Assembly (NCBI GenBank): GCA_964457855.1
Contig: CAYWEO010000006.1
Coordinates: 1-61,912 of the forward strand
Reading direction: 5' to 3'
DNA length: 61,912 nucleotides
From: an uncultured Opitutales bacterium
Lineage (GTDB): Bacteria > Verrucomicrobiota > Verrucomicrobiia > Opitutales > CAYWEO01
Shown: piece by piece, positions 46,649-55,170 of the stretch
Layout: each line of letters opens with the position of its first letter
Position numbering within the stretch: position 1 is the first letter of the stretch
Made by a program: the position numbers and the translations under genes
Notes under the pieces: model-generated
Told to the model about the DNA's origin: nothing
The model's database searches: none
Seen by the model: only the letters and a program-made list of their open reading frames with translations

Positions 46649-48250
46649 TTGGAGTTGGATTGGAAAATGGGGAAATTTTTTTGGATTTTGTCGGTAATTG
46701 TCAGCCTGGGAACGGGCTTAGCTAAAACCGCGACTGCTGATACGGCTCTGAATGAAGGTGCGGAAAGCATCACGTTATCCGCCGACACGGAATCTGGCGC
46801 GCCTTTTATTTTTTACGATCCCAATGATCCCGCGAAACTCACCGGATTTGAATGGGACATTTGGCAGGCCATTGCGCGGATTCTGAAGGTTCAGACCCAC
46901 TTTTGCCAGAATGATTGGGATACGTTAATTCCGGGTCTGCAGAGAAACGTCTGCCGCGTTGCCATTAACGGCATTGATGAAAAGGATATTTCGGAAAACA
47001 AACGGAAAATCGTTGCGACGTCGATACCTTATTACGTCACAAGCCTACGTCTAGCCGTTCGCAAAAACGAGACGCGCATCCGTTCCCTCGCGGATTGCCG
47101 GGAAAGAACGATCGGAGTGTTTAAAAAATCGACGGTTGTTGAGAACTTATTGCGTTCAGTCGACGGCGTTGTGGTTAAAACTTATGGCGACGAGATTAAT
47201 GCCTATTCTGACCTGGAAAATGGCCGCTTAGACGCCGTTTTATTCGATTTTCCGAGCGCTTTATACTATTCCGCCGCCAACACGCGGGTGCGTTTGCTGC
47301 AAGAAGACATCGGGAAATTGCGGTACGTGATTCTTGTTCGTGCAGAGGATCTTGTGTTGCGGGATTCCATCAATCAGGCGCTGGAAACCCTCAAAACGAC
47401 GGGTGAATGGAAAGCTATTCTGGCGCGCTGGAATCTCTGGAATGCCGACATGGCACAATACTTGAATGACTCTTCTGTTACAAAAACACAACCCGTTGAG
47501 TACGAAAAGTTTCTGAGCGCGTTGCAAAAACAGCGTTCGTGGCAGGGAAAAATGCTCCTGTATGCGAAATTTCTTCCAGCCTTAGGGAGAGCTGCAGTCA
47601 AAACGATGGAGATTTCTTTGTTTGCGATGTTGATAGCCATTGGCTTAGGACTGATGATCGCTGTTGCGCACGAATACGGACCGCGCCCAGTGAAGATTTT
47701 GTCGACCATCTACGTGGAAACCGTTCGTGGGACGCCGTTGCTGATCCAGATTCTGTTCGTATTCTACGGTTTACCCCTTATCGGACAAGCACTTCCGGAA
47801 AATTGGCAGTTTTTCCAGGGACTCTTCAACCTCTCTCCGTTTTTGGCCGGCGTTATCGCGTTGGGGATTAATTACTCCGCCTACGAAGCTGAAAATTACC
47901 GCGCAGGACTGATGTCGATCCCTGATGGCCAAATCGAGGCTGCTCAGGCGCTCGGCATGACGCATTTCCAAGGACTTCGGTATGTCATCATCCCCCAAGC
48001 CTTTCGGCTCGTCGTTCCGCCCGTAACGAACGATTTCATCTCTCTCATCAAGGATTCTTCGCTGGTTTCCATCATCACGATCGTGGAATTGACCAAAACA
48101 TACCAGCAATTGGCGACCACCTACTACGACTACTTCGGAACCGGCCTCCTCGTCGCTGCCTTATATCTGCTGCTCGGCCTCCCCTTCGTCCGCATCTCCA
48201 AGTGGGTCGAGGGGAGGCTGTCGTTGGAACGGAAGAGGAAGCGGAAGTAA
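46649..48250 (+). CDS. Fused family-3 solute-binding protein and His/Glu/Gln/Arg-type permease
   Basis: The N-terminal half is SBP_bac_3-like (PFIFYD...GFEWDIW). The C-terminal half carries the permease EAA region (EAAQALGMTHFQGLRYVIIPQA). Confidence 0.85.
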   Translation: MELDWKMGKFFWILSVIVSLGTGLAKTATADTALNEGAESITLSADTESGAPFIFYDPNDPAKLTGFEWDIWQAIARILKVQTHFCQNDWDTLIPGLQRNVCRVAINGIDEKDISENKRKIVATSIPYYVTSLRLAVRKNETRIRSLADCRERTIGVFKKSTVVENLLRSVDGVVVKTYGDEINAYSDLENGRLDAVLFDFPSALYYSAANTRVRLLQEDIGKLRYVILVRAEDLVLRDSINQALETLKTTGEWKAILARWNLWNADMAQYLNDSSVTKTQPVEYEKFLSALQKQRSWQGKMLLYAKFLPALGRAAVKTMEISLFAMLIAIGLGLMIAVAHEYGPRPVKILSTIYVETVRGTPLLIQILFVFYGLPLIGQALPENWQFFQGLFNLSPFLAGVIALGINYSAYEAENYRAGLMSIPDGQIEAAQALGMTHFQGLRYVIIPQAFRLVVPPVTNDFISLIKDSSLVSIITIVELTKTYQQLATTYYDYFGTGLLVAALYLLLGLPFVRISKWVEGRLSLERKRKRK

Positions 48251-48592
48251 GGGGGGCTCGCAATCGTTCGGCTTGCCAGTCTATCCCGTTGAGGAACAAT
48301 TCAAATCAGGGGGGGGACGGTAAAAGAGAAATCGCCGCGGTCAACTAAGGCCCCGCCGCGCCTCCCCCCGGCCACCTCGATTCGACGGCCGCCACGGCTA
48401 TTTTGAGGGAGTTTTTGGAGAGGGGAGAGGGAATAGTTATTGCATCTTATTGATCATTGTTCTTAATTCATCCATTTTAGTTTTTATTTTTCCCTCGTTT
48501 ATGCTTTTAATATTAAATTTATTATTAATAAAAAAATCAATCTTTTGAATCATATTGAAATACAAATTTTCCATATCTTGATGATACCATGT

Positions 48593-49123
48593 TCACTTAA
48601 ATTCATTGTTCATTATTTTGTTTCCACCAAAAGTGGTCGCGTAGGCCACGTTTTTTATAAAAGTGGCAAATGTTCTAAATAATGCTTGAGGTTCCTCATC
48701 TTTTATTTTTTCAAGCCCTTTTGCATCTTGCATCAGCAACTTTTGTTTTACACTACTTCCTGCTTTTTGGATGATTGTGTCAGTAAAAGGAGCAAGTGAT
48801 GCCCGCTTGTTGATTATGTCCTCGATTTTCTGTTGCTTAAGTTGATCGTCATTAACAAGGGCATAAGCTTCTGCATACTGTTGAAGAAGATAAATGAAAT
48901 GCCAAGTTCCACTGACTACGTACCATGCAGCGTCCTTTTTAGACAAAGAGCTACAAACAGGGGCATTTTGAGGAGAATATGGGTTATTAATATCAAAGGA
49001 GCCACTATTGTTCATAAAGGGGCCATTATTATTAATCATCCCATTTACAGATGCAAAATTCACGAGAACCACGAAACATGCTACGCGCAGCATGGCATAC
49101 CTTTGAGCACTTTTAATTTTCAT
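48593..49123 (-). CDS. Secreted hypothetical protein (orphan, AT-rich island)
   Basis: Has a signal-like N-terminus (MLRVACFVVLVNFASVNG). No family is recognisable. Confidence 0.45.
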   Translation of the reverse strand: MKIKSAQRYAMLRVACFVVLVNFASVNGMINNNGPFMNNSGSFDINNPYSPQNAPVCSSLSKKDAAWYVVSGTWHFIYLLQQYAEAYALVNDDQLKQQKIEDIINKRASLAPFTDTIIQKAGSSVKQKLLMQDAKGLEKIKDEEPQALFRTFATFIKNVAYATTFGGNKIMNNEFK

Positions 49124-49149
49124 AATACATTACACTTTTTGATTAAATT

Positions 49150-50214
49150 TCACTTCTTGGTTGTTTCATTAAGGCCAAAGTTAAAATTAAAGCTGAAATT
49201 ATCATCATTATTATTATCATTAAAACCATTCCCTGATTTCTTCAAATTATTGCTAATGATTTCTAATTCCTTGTTTGATCGTGCTTCTGATTTCTGCACT
49301 TGTTTGTACTGAGCTTCCACTATTTTTTCATCAATTTCTTTATAGCACTCATTTATTTTTTCATTTCGCGTGACCTCAAAAACAAATTTTACAAGCTTAG
49401 AGAAATCTGAAACGAGTACACTAGGATTTAGCAGGCTTAAGCCATTACAAGATTGCATCATCTTGCATTTCTTTTGAACGAGCCCTTTACTAGTTGTCGA
49501 TTCAATGTCGCACGCTGCTATCGCATTTTCTGTAGCTACAAAAGATACTAAGCTTGTTCCCCATTTTTTGAACACCTCGAGTGTTTCATTGGTATCCGAC
49601 GACTTATCGTATTGATCGCTGTACTTATCTAGTAAGCCAATCAAGTAATCAATAGCATCCTTAAAATAAGTAACACTATCACCGTTGTAAGCTTTATACT
49701 GGGGAATTTCCTTTGCTATCGTTTTGTTAGCAAAGATTTCATTCTCTATCTTTTCATTTTTTTGATCACCATTAGTGGTGAGCAGCATATTTTGACTATT
49801 ACCATTGGCAAACGAGGAGACGTCCAGCTCGATCTTATTCGTTGTCGATTTCACATCTTGGTCGGAAGAGTTTAACGTATTTGTTAAATAGCTTATAACA
49901 CCCATGCGAGTATCCTTATCTGCCATCCGCAACAAACTAATCATAGCGTTCGAAAACAGATAAAGACTGTCTAGAAAGGTGGGTTGATTGTTAAAGTTGC
50001 TCAATGTTTTAAGATTAAGGAGATTTTTAAAGGGGTCCTCCTTCTCTTTTTCATTTTTAGGGATTTCATTTTCCTTGAGATTATTTTTCTCTATCATCCC
50101 CAAAACCGACGTGTACAGTCCAGACACAGCGAAAAGCGTTAAGCAAAACACTTGAGTCATCATTTTCGAACGTATTTTTAACGCATTCACAAATGTATTT
50201 AATTTCTTTACCAT
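49150..50214 (-). CDS. Secreted Asn/Lys-rich hypothetical protein (orphan, AT-rich island)
   Basis: The ATG at 50214 is preceded by GAAGG. It has a signal-like segment (MMTQVFCLTLFAVSGLYTSVLG). The longer ORF extends to 50307. Confidence 0.45.
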   Translation of the reverse strand: MVKKLNTFVNALKIRSKMMTQVFCLTLFAVSGLYTSVLGMIEKNNLKENEIPKNEKEKEDPFKNLLNLKTLSNFNNQPTFLDSLYLFSNAMISLLRMADKDTRMGVISYLTNTLNSSDQDVKSTTNKIELDVSSFANGNSQNMLLTTNGDQKNEKIENEIFANKTIAKEIPQYKAYNGDSVTYFKDAIDYLIGLLDKYSDQYDKSSDTNETLEVFKKWGTSLVSFVATENAIAACDIESTTSKGLVQKKCKMMQSCNGLSLLNPSVLVSDFSKLVKFVFEVTRNEKINECYKEIDEKIVEAQYKQVQKSEARSNKELEIISNNLKKSGNGFNDNNNDDNFSFNFNFGLNETTKK

Positions 50215-50375
50215 ATAAAACCTTCTGTTGGATTTTAATAACATTACTAAACTGAACCCGAGGTTCAATTCAAGGAGAGTGAAAATATTTTCTCTCTCCA
50301 ATGTCAAGAAGAAAGAAATCTTTTTTGAAAAACTAATCTAAGAAGCTGAATATCAACGAATAAAATCTCATGCGT

Positions 50376-50891
50376 TCACCCCTTCCAGAGCCTCAAAGTA
50401 CCCGCGTGGCAGAGGGCGGCGGCGGCGGCATCGGATTCGTCGTGAGGGAGGGGGTCTGGTAGGAGGAGGATGTCCATGACCATTTTAGTCATTTGTTCCT
50501 TGCTGGCACGGCCGAAACCCACGACCGCTTGCTTGATGCGTAGGGGAGGGTATTCCGCGATGGGCAACTGCGCTAAACTCGCCGGAAGAATCGCGGCTGC
50601 TCGAGCGGCTCCCAAAATTTGCGCCGTACGCACGTTTTGGACGAAAATCGGTTGTTCAATCGCGATGTGCGTGATTGGATATGACTTTATCAGCCCTTCG
50701 ATCGTTTGAAAAATCGTTGCAAGGCAATAAGAAAAGGATTGTTTGGCGGGAATTTTGATCGTTTGCGAAAAATGCAGCCGTAAACTGGAATTTTGTGAGG
50801 AAGCTGGTGAAAATTCCATAACAGCGACTCCCGTCCCGCGCAAACTGGAATCGATCCCCAAAATAATGGCTTTTTGTGCGATAGGATACAC
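50376..50891 (-). CDS. ruvC: Crossover junction endodeoxyribonuclease RuvC
   Basis: Carries ILGIDSSLRGTG, IAIEQPIF and the C-terminal HDESDAAAAALCH. A GTG start at 50891 was chosen to give a canonical length; the ORF extends to 51008. Confidence 0.8.
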   Translation of the reverse strand: MYPIAQKAIILGIDSSLRGTGVAVMEFSPASSQNSSLRLHFSQTIKIPAKQSFSYCLATIFQTIEGLIKSYPITHIAIEQPIFVQNVRTAQILGAARAAAILPASLAQLPIAEYPPLRIKQAVVGFGRASKEQMTKMVMDILLLPDPLPHDESDAAAAALCHAGTLRLWKG

Positions 50892-51016
50892 GATCTCCTG
50901 CAGATTTTTTTGCAGGGACTCGTCTGAACAGCCGTGCGTTTTCTGCGAATTCTGCGAACTTTCCGACAGGAGATGCTTTGTCCAAAGTGCTCGCCGAGAC
51001 CGACCCATAAACGGTT

Positions 51017-51766
51017 TTATCGACGAGGAATGACCAACTGCTTGCCGATTTTCAGGCTGCTCGGGCTCGGAAGGACGTTGCGATTCGCTTGAAAAATATC
51101 CTTCCAGCGATGCGGCGTTCCATACACTTTTTCACTAATCCGCGAAAGTGTATCGCCTGCTTCGACAACGTACTTTGCTTCAACGTGATTTCTTACGCTC
51201 GTTTCGGACATGTTTTTTGGCAAACCGTAAGGCGCGCGAGAAGTTGTTCTCTGAGATGACGACGATGATTGCGATTGCTTTAAACGTTGTTGTAAATCAG
51301 CAACTTGCGCTTTCAACGATGTATTTTCGTCGCGAATTTGCTGGAGCGTCTGCACGAAATTCGCTTGTACTGCTGGATTGTCAGACAAAAGATTCCCTGG
51401 CAACTGCCGTAAGAAGGCTTTTTTCGCGGTTTCGATCATTTGAAAAACGGTTTTTACCTGCGGCGAATCGGGCAAAATCATGACGTATTGACGAAAATGA
51501 TAAATCGCCAAAATGGGGTCGTTGTAAACGCTGAGATAAAGTTGCCCTGCCTCTAAATGCGATTCTGGGGCAGAGTCACGCTTTGCGATGACCTTCAAAA
51601 ATGCTGACAAAGCGGCGTCATATTGGCCCTCTTTAATCAGTTGCTGTGCAGCGAGAAAGCGACTATCTTCCTTTTCGGCGATGCTTTTGAAATGTTTTGT
51701 TTCGCAACCACAAAGAGCGATCAGAAGAAAGCCGATAACAAAAAGCTTATGGAAAAGTTGATTCAT
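51017..51766 (-). CDS. Lipoprotein with a helical/TPR-like region and a C-terminal LysM domain
   Basis: Has the lipobox LIALCGC. The LysM segment is YVVEAGDTLSRISEKVYGTPHRWKDIFQANRNVLPSPSSLKIGKQLVIP. The start was trimmed because the longer ORF runs over the tRNA. Confidence 0.75.
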   Translation of the reverse strand: MNQLFHKLFVIGFLLIALCGCETKHFKSIAEKEDSRFLAAQQLIKEGQYDAALSAFLKVIAKRDSAPESHLEAGQLYLSVYNDPILAIYHFRQYVMILPDSPQVKTVFQMIETAKKAFLRQLPGNLLSDNPAVQANFVQTLQQIRDENTSLKAQVADLQQRLKQSQSSSSSQRTTSRAPYGLPKNMSETSVRNHVEAKYVVEAGDTLSRISEKVYGTPHRWKDIFQANRNVLPSPSSLKIGKQLVIPRR

Positions 51767-51819
51767 AAAAAACCACCGAAAAACCACCCAATCAAGGCAC
51801 TTTAAACCTATAATCGCAA

Positions 51820-51894
51820 TGGTACCCCCACGGAGAATCGAACTCCGATTTTCGGAATGAGAATCCGATGTCCTAACCGTTAGACGATGAGGGC
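51820..51894 (-). tRNA. tRNA-Glu (anticodon CUC), CCA encoded
   Basis: Hand-folded structure: GCCCUCA-UC-GUCU-AACGGUUA-GGAC-A-UCGGA-UUCUCAU-UCCGA-AAAU-CGGAG-UUCGAUU-CUCCG-UGGGGGU-A-CCA. Position 1-72 would be a G-U pair. Confidence 0.85.
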
Positions 51895-51996
51895 TCACCG
51901 TTTAATGAAGGTAAATCATCCATGATTTGTGAGCCCTTTGTCAAGGATTTATGATGGTTGTCATAAATTTTCCCCGCTGTGTTGGGTAGTTTTTTT

Positions 51997-52168
51997 CCGG
52001 GAAACCCCCTTTTTTATAAAAAAGGGGGTTTCCCGGACCCTTCCCCCTAAAAATTTTTATTCGGAAGGCATTTTTATGGCACGTAGTGCCAAAAAATGCC
52101 TTCCGATATGCTTTTCTTTTGAAGGTTCGGAAACTTCTTCTTTTCTCTGGAAAAGAAAAGTTTCCGAA
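51997..52168 (+). repeat. Complete tripartite mosaic (H1-H2-H3)
   Basis: H1 lies at 51997-52036, H2 at 52061-52106 and H3 at 52126-52168. Confidence 0.92.
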
Positions 52169-52186
52169 AAAATTCCCCCTCTCCTC

Positions 52187-52996
52187 CTAAAAATTTATGA
52201 GGCTGTCGTAAAAAACCTTCTCTAAAAACAGACCTTTTGCGGGAGCTGCGGAGAGGGTGGCGAGGCGTTGGTGCGTTTCCAGCATCGTTTTGACGTCCCC
52301 GAGCGTGAGTTTTTGACAACCGACGTCAACGAGAGTGGCCACCAAGAATCGTGCCATTTTGTACAGAAAGCCGTTGGCCTCCAACACGATTGATATCTTT
52401 TGGGTTCCAGGCGATTGCGTTGAAAACGGATCGGACTGCGGGTTGTTAACGGTTTCTTCTGGAACGATGACGTCCAATTTCCGTAACGTTTTTACCGCAC
52501 GCTCTTCAGAACCATCATTCCGCAGGGCCCGGAACGCCGAAAAATCGTGCGTCCCAACCAACAATTCAGCCGCCTTTCTCATCAGCCCAATATCGTAAGC
52601 GCGATTCGGCAGGCGCCACCCATAACGGCTCTCGTGCGGAAGCGGTTTTGCCAAAAACAAATGATAGGCATACCGCTTCCCCGTTGCAGAAAAACGTGAG
52701 TGGAAATCGTCCGCCACCTCCTCAACGCTTCTCATGGAAATTGCTTCCGGCAGACACGATTGCAGCGCACGCAACAAATACGCCGGCGGATGTGCCCAAT
52801 CGGCATCAAAATGAAAAACCTGCTCAATCGCATGCACTCCTGCATCCGTCCGCCCGCTGCTGTGGATCCTTACCGGCTCCTTAAAGATCCCCCTCAATCG
52901 CTTTTCAATCGCATCCTGTATCGTCGCGACCCCCACCTGGCTCTGCCACCCGCAAAAGTCGGTTCCGTCATAGGCACATGTACATTTCCAACGCAT
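52187..52996 (-). CDS. truA: tRNA pseudouridine(38-40) synthase
   Basis: Carries YDGTDFCGWQSQ and the catalytic GRTDAGVHA. The start was trimmed to the ATG at 52996 because upstream codons read through H3. Confidence 0.9.
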   Translation of the reverse strand: MRWKCTCAYDGTDFCGWQSQVGVATIQDAIEKRLRGIFKEPVRIHSSGRTDAGVHAIEQVFHFDADWAHPPAYLLRALQSCLPEAISMRSVEEVADDFHSRFSATGKRYAYHLFLAKPLPHESRYGWRLPNRAYDIGLMRKAAELLVGTHDFSAFRALRNDGSEERAVKTLRKLDVIVPEETVNNPQSDPFSTQSPGTQKISIVLEANGFLYKMARFLVATLVDVGCQKLTLGDVKTMLETHQRLATLSAAPAKGLFLEKVFYDSLINF

Positions 52997-53004
52997 GATA
53001 AAAT

Positions 53005-53136
53005 TTCGGGAACCTTTCTGTTCCGCGAACAGAAAAGGTTCCCGAACCCTCCAAAGAAAAGCGGTATCCCCCATAAAAATTTTTAGGGGGAAGGGTCCGT
53101 GAAACCCCCTTTTTTATAAAAAAGGGGGTTTCACGG
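53005..53136 (-). repeat. Tripartite mosaic lacking H2 (H3-linkers-H1 on the + strand)
   Basis: H3 lies at 53005-53046. Both linkers are present and directly abutting. H1 at 53097-53136 carries a compensatory pair, CCGTGAAA...TTTCACGG. Confidence 0.88.
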
Positions 53137-53147
53137 CTTTCCTTAAG

Positions 53148-54023
53148 TCATGGTTTCACCCACATCACATTATTTTTAAAGTCAAAAAATACTGGGTGTT
53201 CTTTGAAAAAGCTTGAGCCAATGAGTCCATCAAAGGGGAACTCACTTTTTTGAATAAAGAATTCGGTTTTTGGGAATGGTTGATCGCACACCGTGAAGGT
53301 AGTTGTTTCAAAGGATTGGTAGGGCGGATCGCCTTTAATCGTTGCAATTTTCCCCTCTGTGAGAACTTTTGCGGTTGATTTCATGATCGAGTGGTTCGCA
53401 CCCGTATCCCACACAAGTTTCGTAGTAACACCGTTAATGTTAGCGACGATAATTCCATCAGTAGACACAGGCATACGTATCCAGTTTTTGACATTGTATT
53501 GATGGGGATATGCGCCCAATGGTATTAAAATAGCCCGCGAGGATGGATAATCGACCAAAACATTGAACTGACGCAGAAAATCTAAACCGAGGACGCCATT
53601 TTTAGCGGCTTCGAACCAGATAAATCCTTCGTCGTAATGCCCTCCCCATAATTTGTCCATCAACTGACAGGGTATGTTGCGCAGAGTTTTATGACCGATT
53701 TTAAGCTCAGGAATTGTATAAACTTTGAGACAGGTTTCTTTGCCAGTATCGTCATGAAAACAAGCTTTTTCATTCGTAGGCAACAGCTTTAATTCTAACT
53801 TTTTTACAATTTCTTGACTCAAAGCAATTGATGTGCGGGATGCTCCATTATCAAATATAACAGGAATCGAATGCCCTTGAATTTCAATGGCTACCACCGG
53901 GAATCCTTGTTGCGACAGCTCGATCGGTAAAACGATTTCACCACGACTTCTCACCCGAGGCACAATGAAAATCCCAACCACCACCAGTAGTAAAAGGCTA
54001 ATAATAATTTGATGTTTTTTCAT
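53148..54023 (-). CDS. Membrane-anchored protein with two retropepsin-like aspartic protease lobes
   Basis: Has an N-terminal TM segment. Lobe 1 carries VIFDNGASRTSI and GVLGLDFLRQF. Lobe 2 carries LVWDTGANHSIM and GLIGSSFFKEH. Confidence 0.65.
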   Translation of the reverse strand: MKKHQIIISLLLLVVVGIFIVPRVRSRGEIVLPIELSQQGFPVVAIEIQGHSIPVIFDNGASRTSIALSQEIVKKLELKLLPTNEKACFHDDTGKETCLKVYTIPELKIGHKTLRNIPCQLMDKLWGGHYDEGFIWFEAAKNGVLGLDFLRQFNVLVDYPSSRAILIPLGAYPHQYNVKNWIRMPVSTDGIIVANINGVTTKLVWDTGANHSIMKSTAKVLTEGKIATIKGDPPYQSFETTTFTVCDQPFPKTEFFIQKSEFPFDGLIGSSFFKEHPVFFDFKNNVMWVKP

Positions 54024-54054
54024 AATAACATGCAGATATATTCGGAAGCTCTCA

Positions 54055-54894
54055 TCATAAACCCCCAAAGAACTTTAAGCTATTTCTCGTCACCTGCGAG
54101 CAAAAAGTGGCGTCGGTGGTGTTGAGGAATTTTGCGCAGAAGGTAGCCGTGTGGCGGAGGAAGGCGGGTCGGTTTTCTTGGCCACGGAGGGGCTCTGGGG
54201 ATAGGTAGGGAGCATCGGTTTCGATGAGGATGTTGTTGGGGTTAAGGATCTTAAGGGCCTCGCGGACGCTGTGGGCGTTTTTGAACGTAACGATGCCGCT
54301 GAAAGAAACTTTGGCGTTGCGTTCTTGGAGTTGTTTTGCATCGTCTGGGGAACCGGAAAAGCAGTGGAAGACAACGCGTTGCCAATCGAATCCAGTGGAT
54401 TCGATGACTTGAACGCAGTCTTTGAATAAATGTCTACAATGGACGATGATAGGCAGATTAAGTTCCCTGGCCAGAAGAAGTTGCTGTCGAAAGGATTCCA
54501 TACGCCAAATGAGGGTCTTTTCGGCTTCAATGGGATTGTTTGGTAGCTGAGTCGCATCAAGTCCTGTTTCGCCGATGGCCTTGATGGGAGATTTTCGAGC
54601 CAAAATGGAGAGCTCCTCGATCGCCTTTTCCCAATACGCATCGACTTCGCAGGGATGGAGTCCGAGAGTGCAGTGAATATTCGGCAATTTTGCTTCATTT
54701 TCAGAAGAAATTTCCTGACAATTCGGATTTTGCGCATTGGTTGCTAATTGCAAATGAATCGGCCAATCCGTCGGGTGCGTCCCAACCGTAACGATGTCGC
54801 TAACGCCATTCGCTGTCGCCTCCTTAAGGACCTCCCGCAAAGTCCCCTTGTGGACGTAGTGTTCTAAATGACAGTGGGTGTCGATGATAAGCAT
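54055..54894 (-). CDS. tatD: TatD family metal-dependent hydrolase/DNase
   Basis: Starts MLIIDTHCHL and carries the later motifs ETGLD, HCR, FHCFSG and ETDAPYL. The long ORF N-terminus was rejected because it covers only repeats and overlaps another gene. Confidence 0.9.
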   Translation of the reverse strand: MLIIDTHCHLEHYVHKGTLREVLKEATANGVSDIVTVGTHPTDWPIHLQLATNAQNPNCQEISSENEAKLPNIHCTLGLHPCEVDAYWEKAIEELSILARKSPIKAIGETGLDATQLPNNPIEAEKTLIWRMESFRQQLLLARELNLPIIVHCRHLFKDCVQVIESTGFDWQRVVFHCFSGSPDDAKQLQERNAKVSFSGIVTFKNAHSVREALKILNPNNILIETDAPYLSPEPLRGQENRPAFLRHTATFCAKFLNTTDATFCSQVTRNSLKFFGGL

Positions 54895-54942
54895 AAAACA
54901 AACGGTAATCGTAGGAGACGTTGGTAGTGGAGCAATTAAAAA

Positions 54943-55170
54943 TTCGGAAAACTTTCTTTTCAGAAGAAAAGAAACGTTTTCCGAACCTTTCAAAGAAAAG
55001 TCATATCGAAAGGCATTTTTGTTCGGACTTATGGTCCGAACAAAAATGCCTTTCGAATTGAGAGTTTTTAAGGGGGAGGTCCGGAGGGGGTGCTTTTTGC
55101 AAAAAACACCCCCTCCGGCAGGTAAGCACCCCGGGAAACCCACTTTTTTATAAAAAAGTGGGTTTCCCGG
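54943..55170 (-). repeat. Tripartite mosaic with duplicated H1 (H3-H2-H1b-H1a on the + strand)
   Basis: H3 lies at 54943-54985. H2 at 55006-55056 has the inner stem GTTCGGAC/GTCCGAAC. One H1 lies at 55081-55118 and a second H1 at 55131-55170. Confidence 0.9.

Noticed and set aside
48340-48400. A tRNA or tmRNA 3' fragment (TCGATTCGA-like string) as an island attachment-site scar.
   Set aside because: No T-stem pairing flanks the loop-like string and no acceptor-stem complement is present. The resemblance is limited to a few bases.
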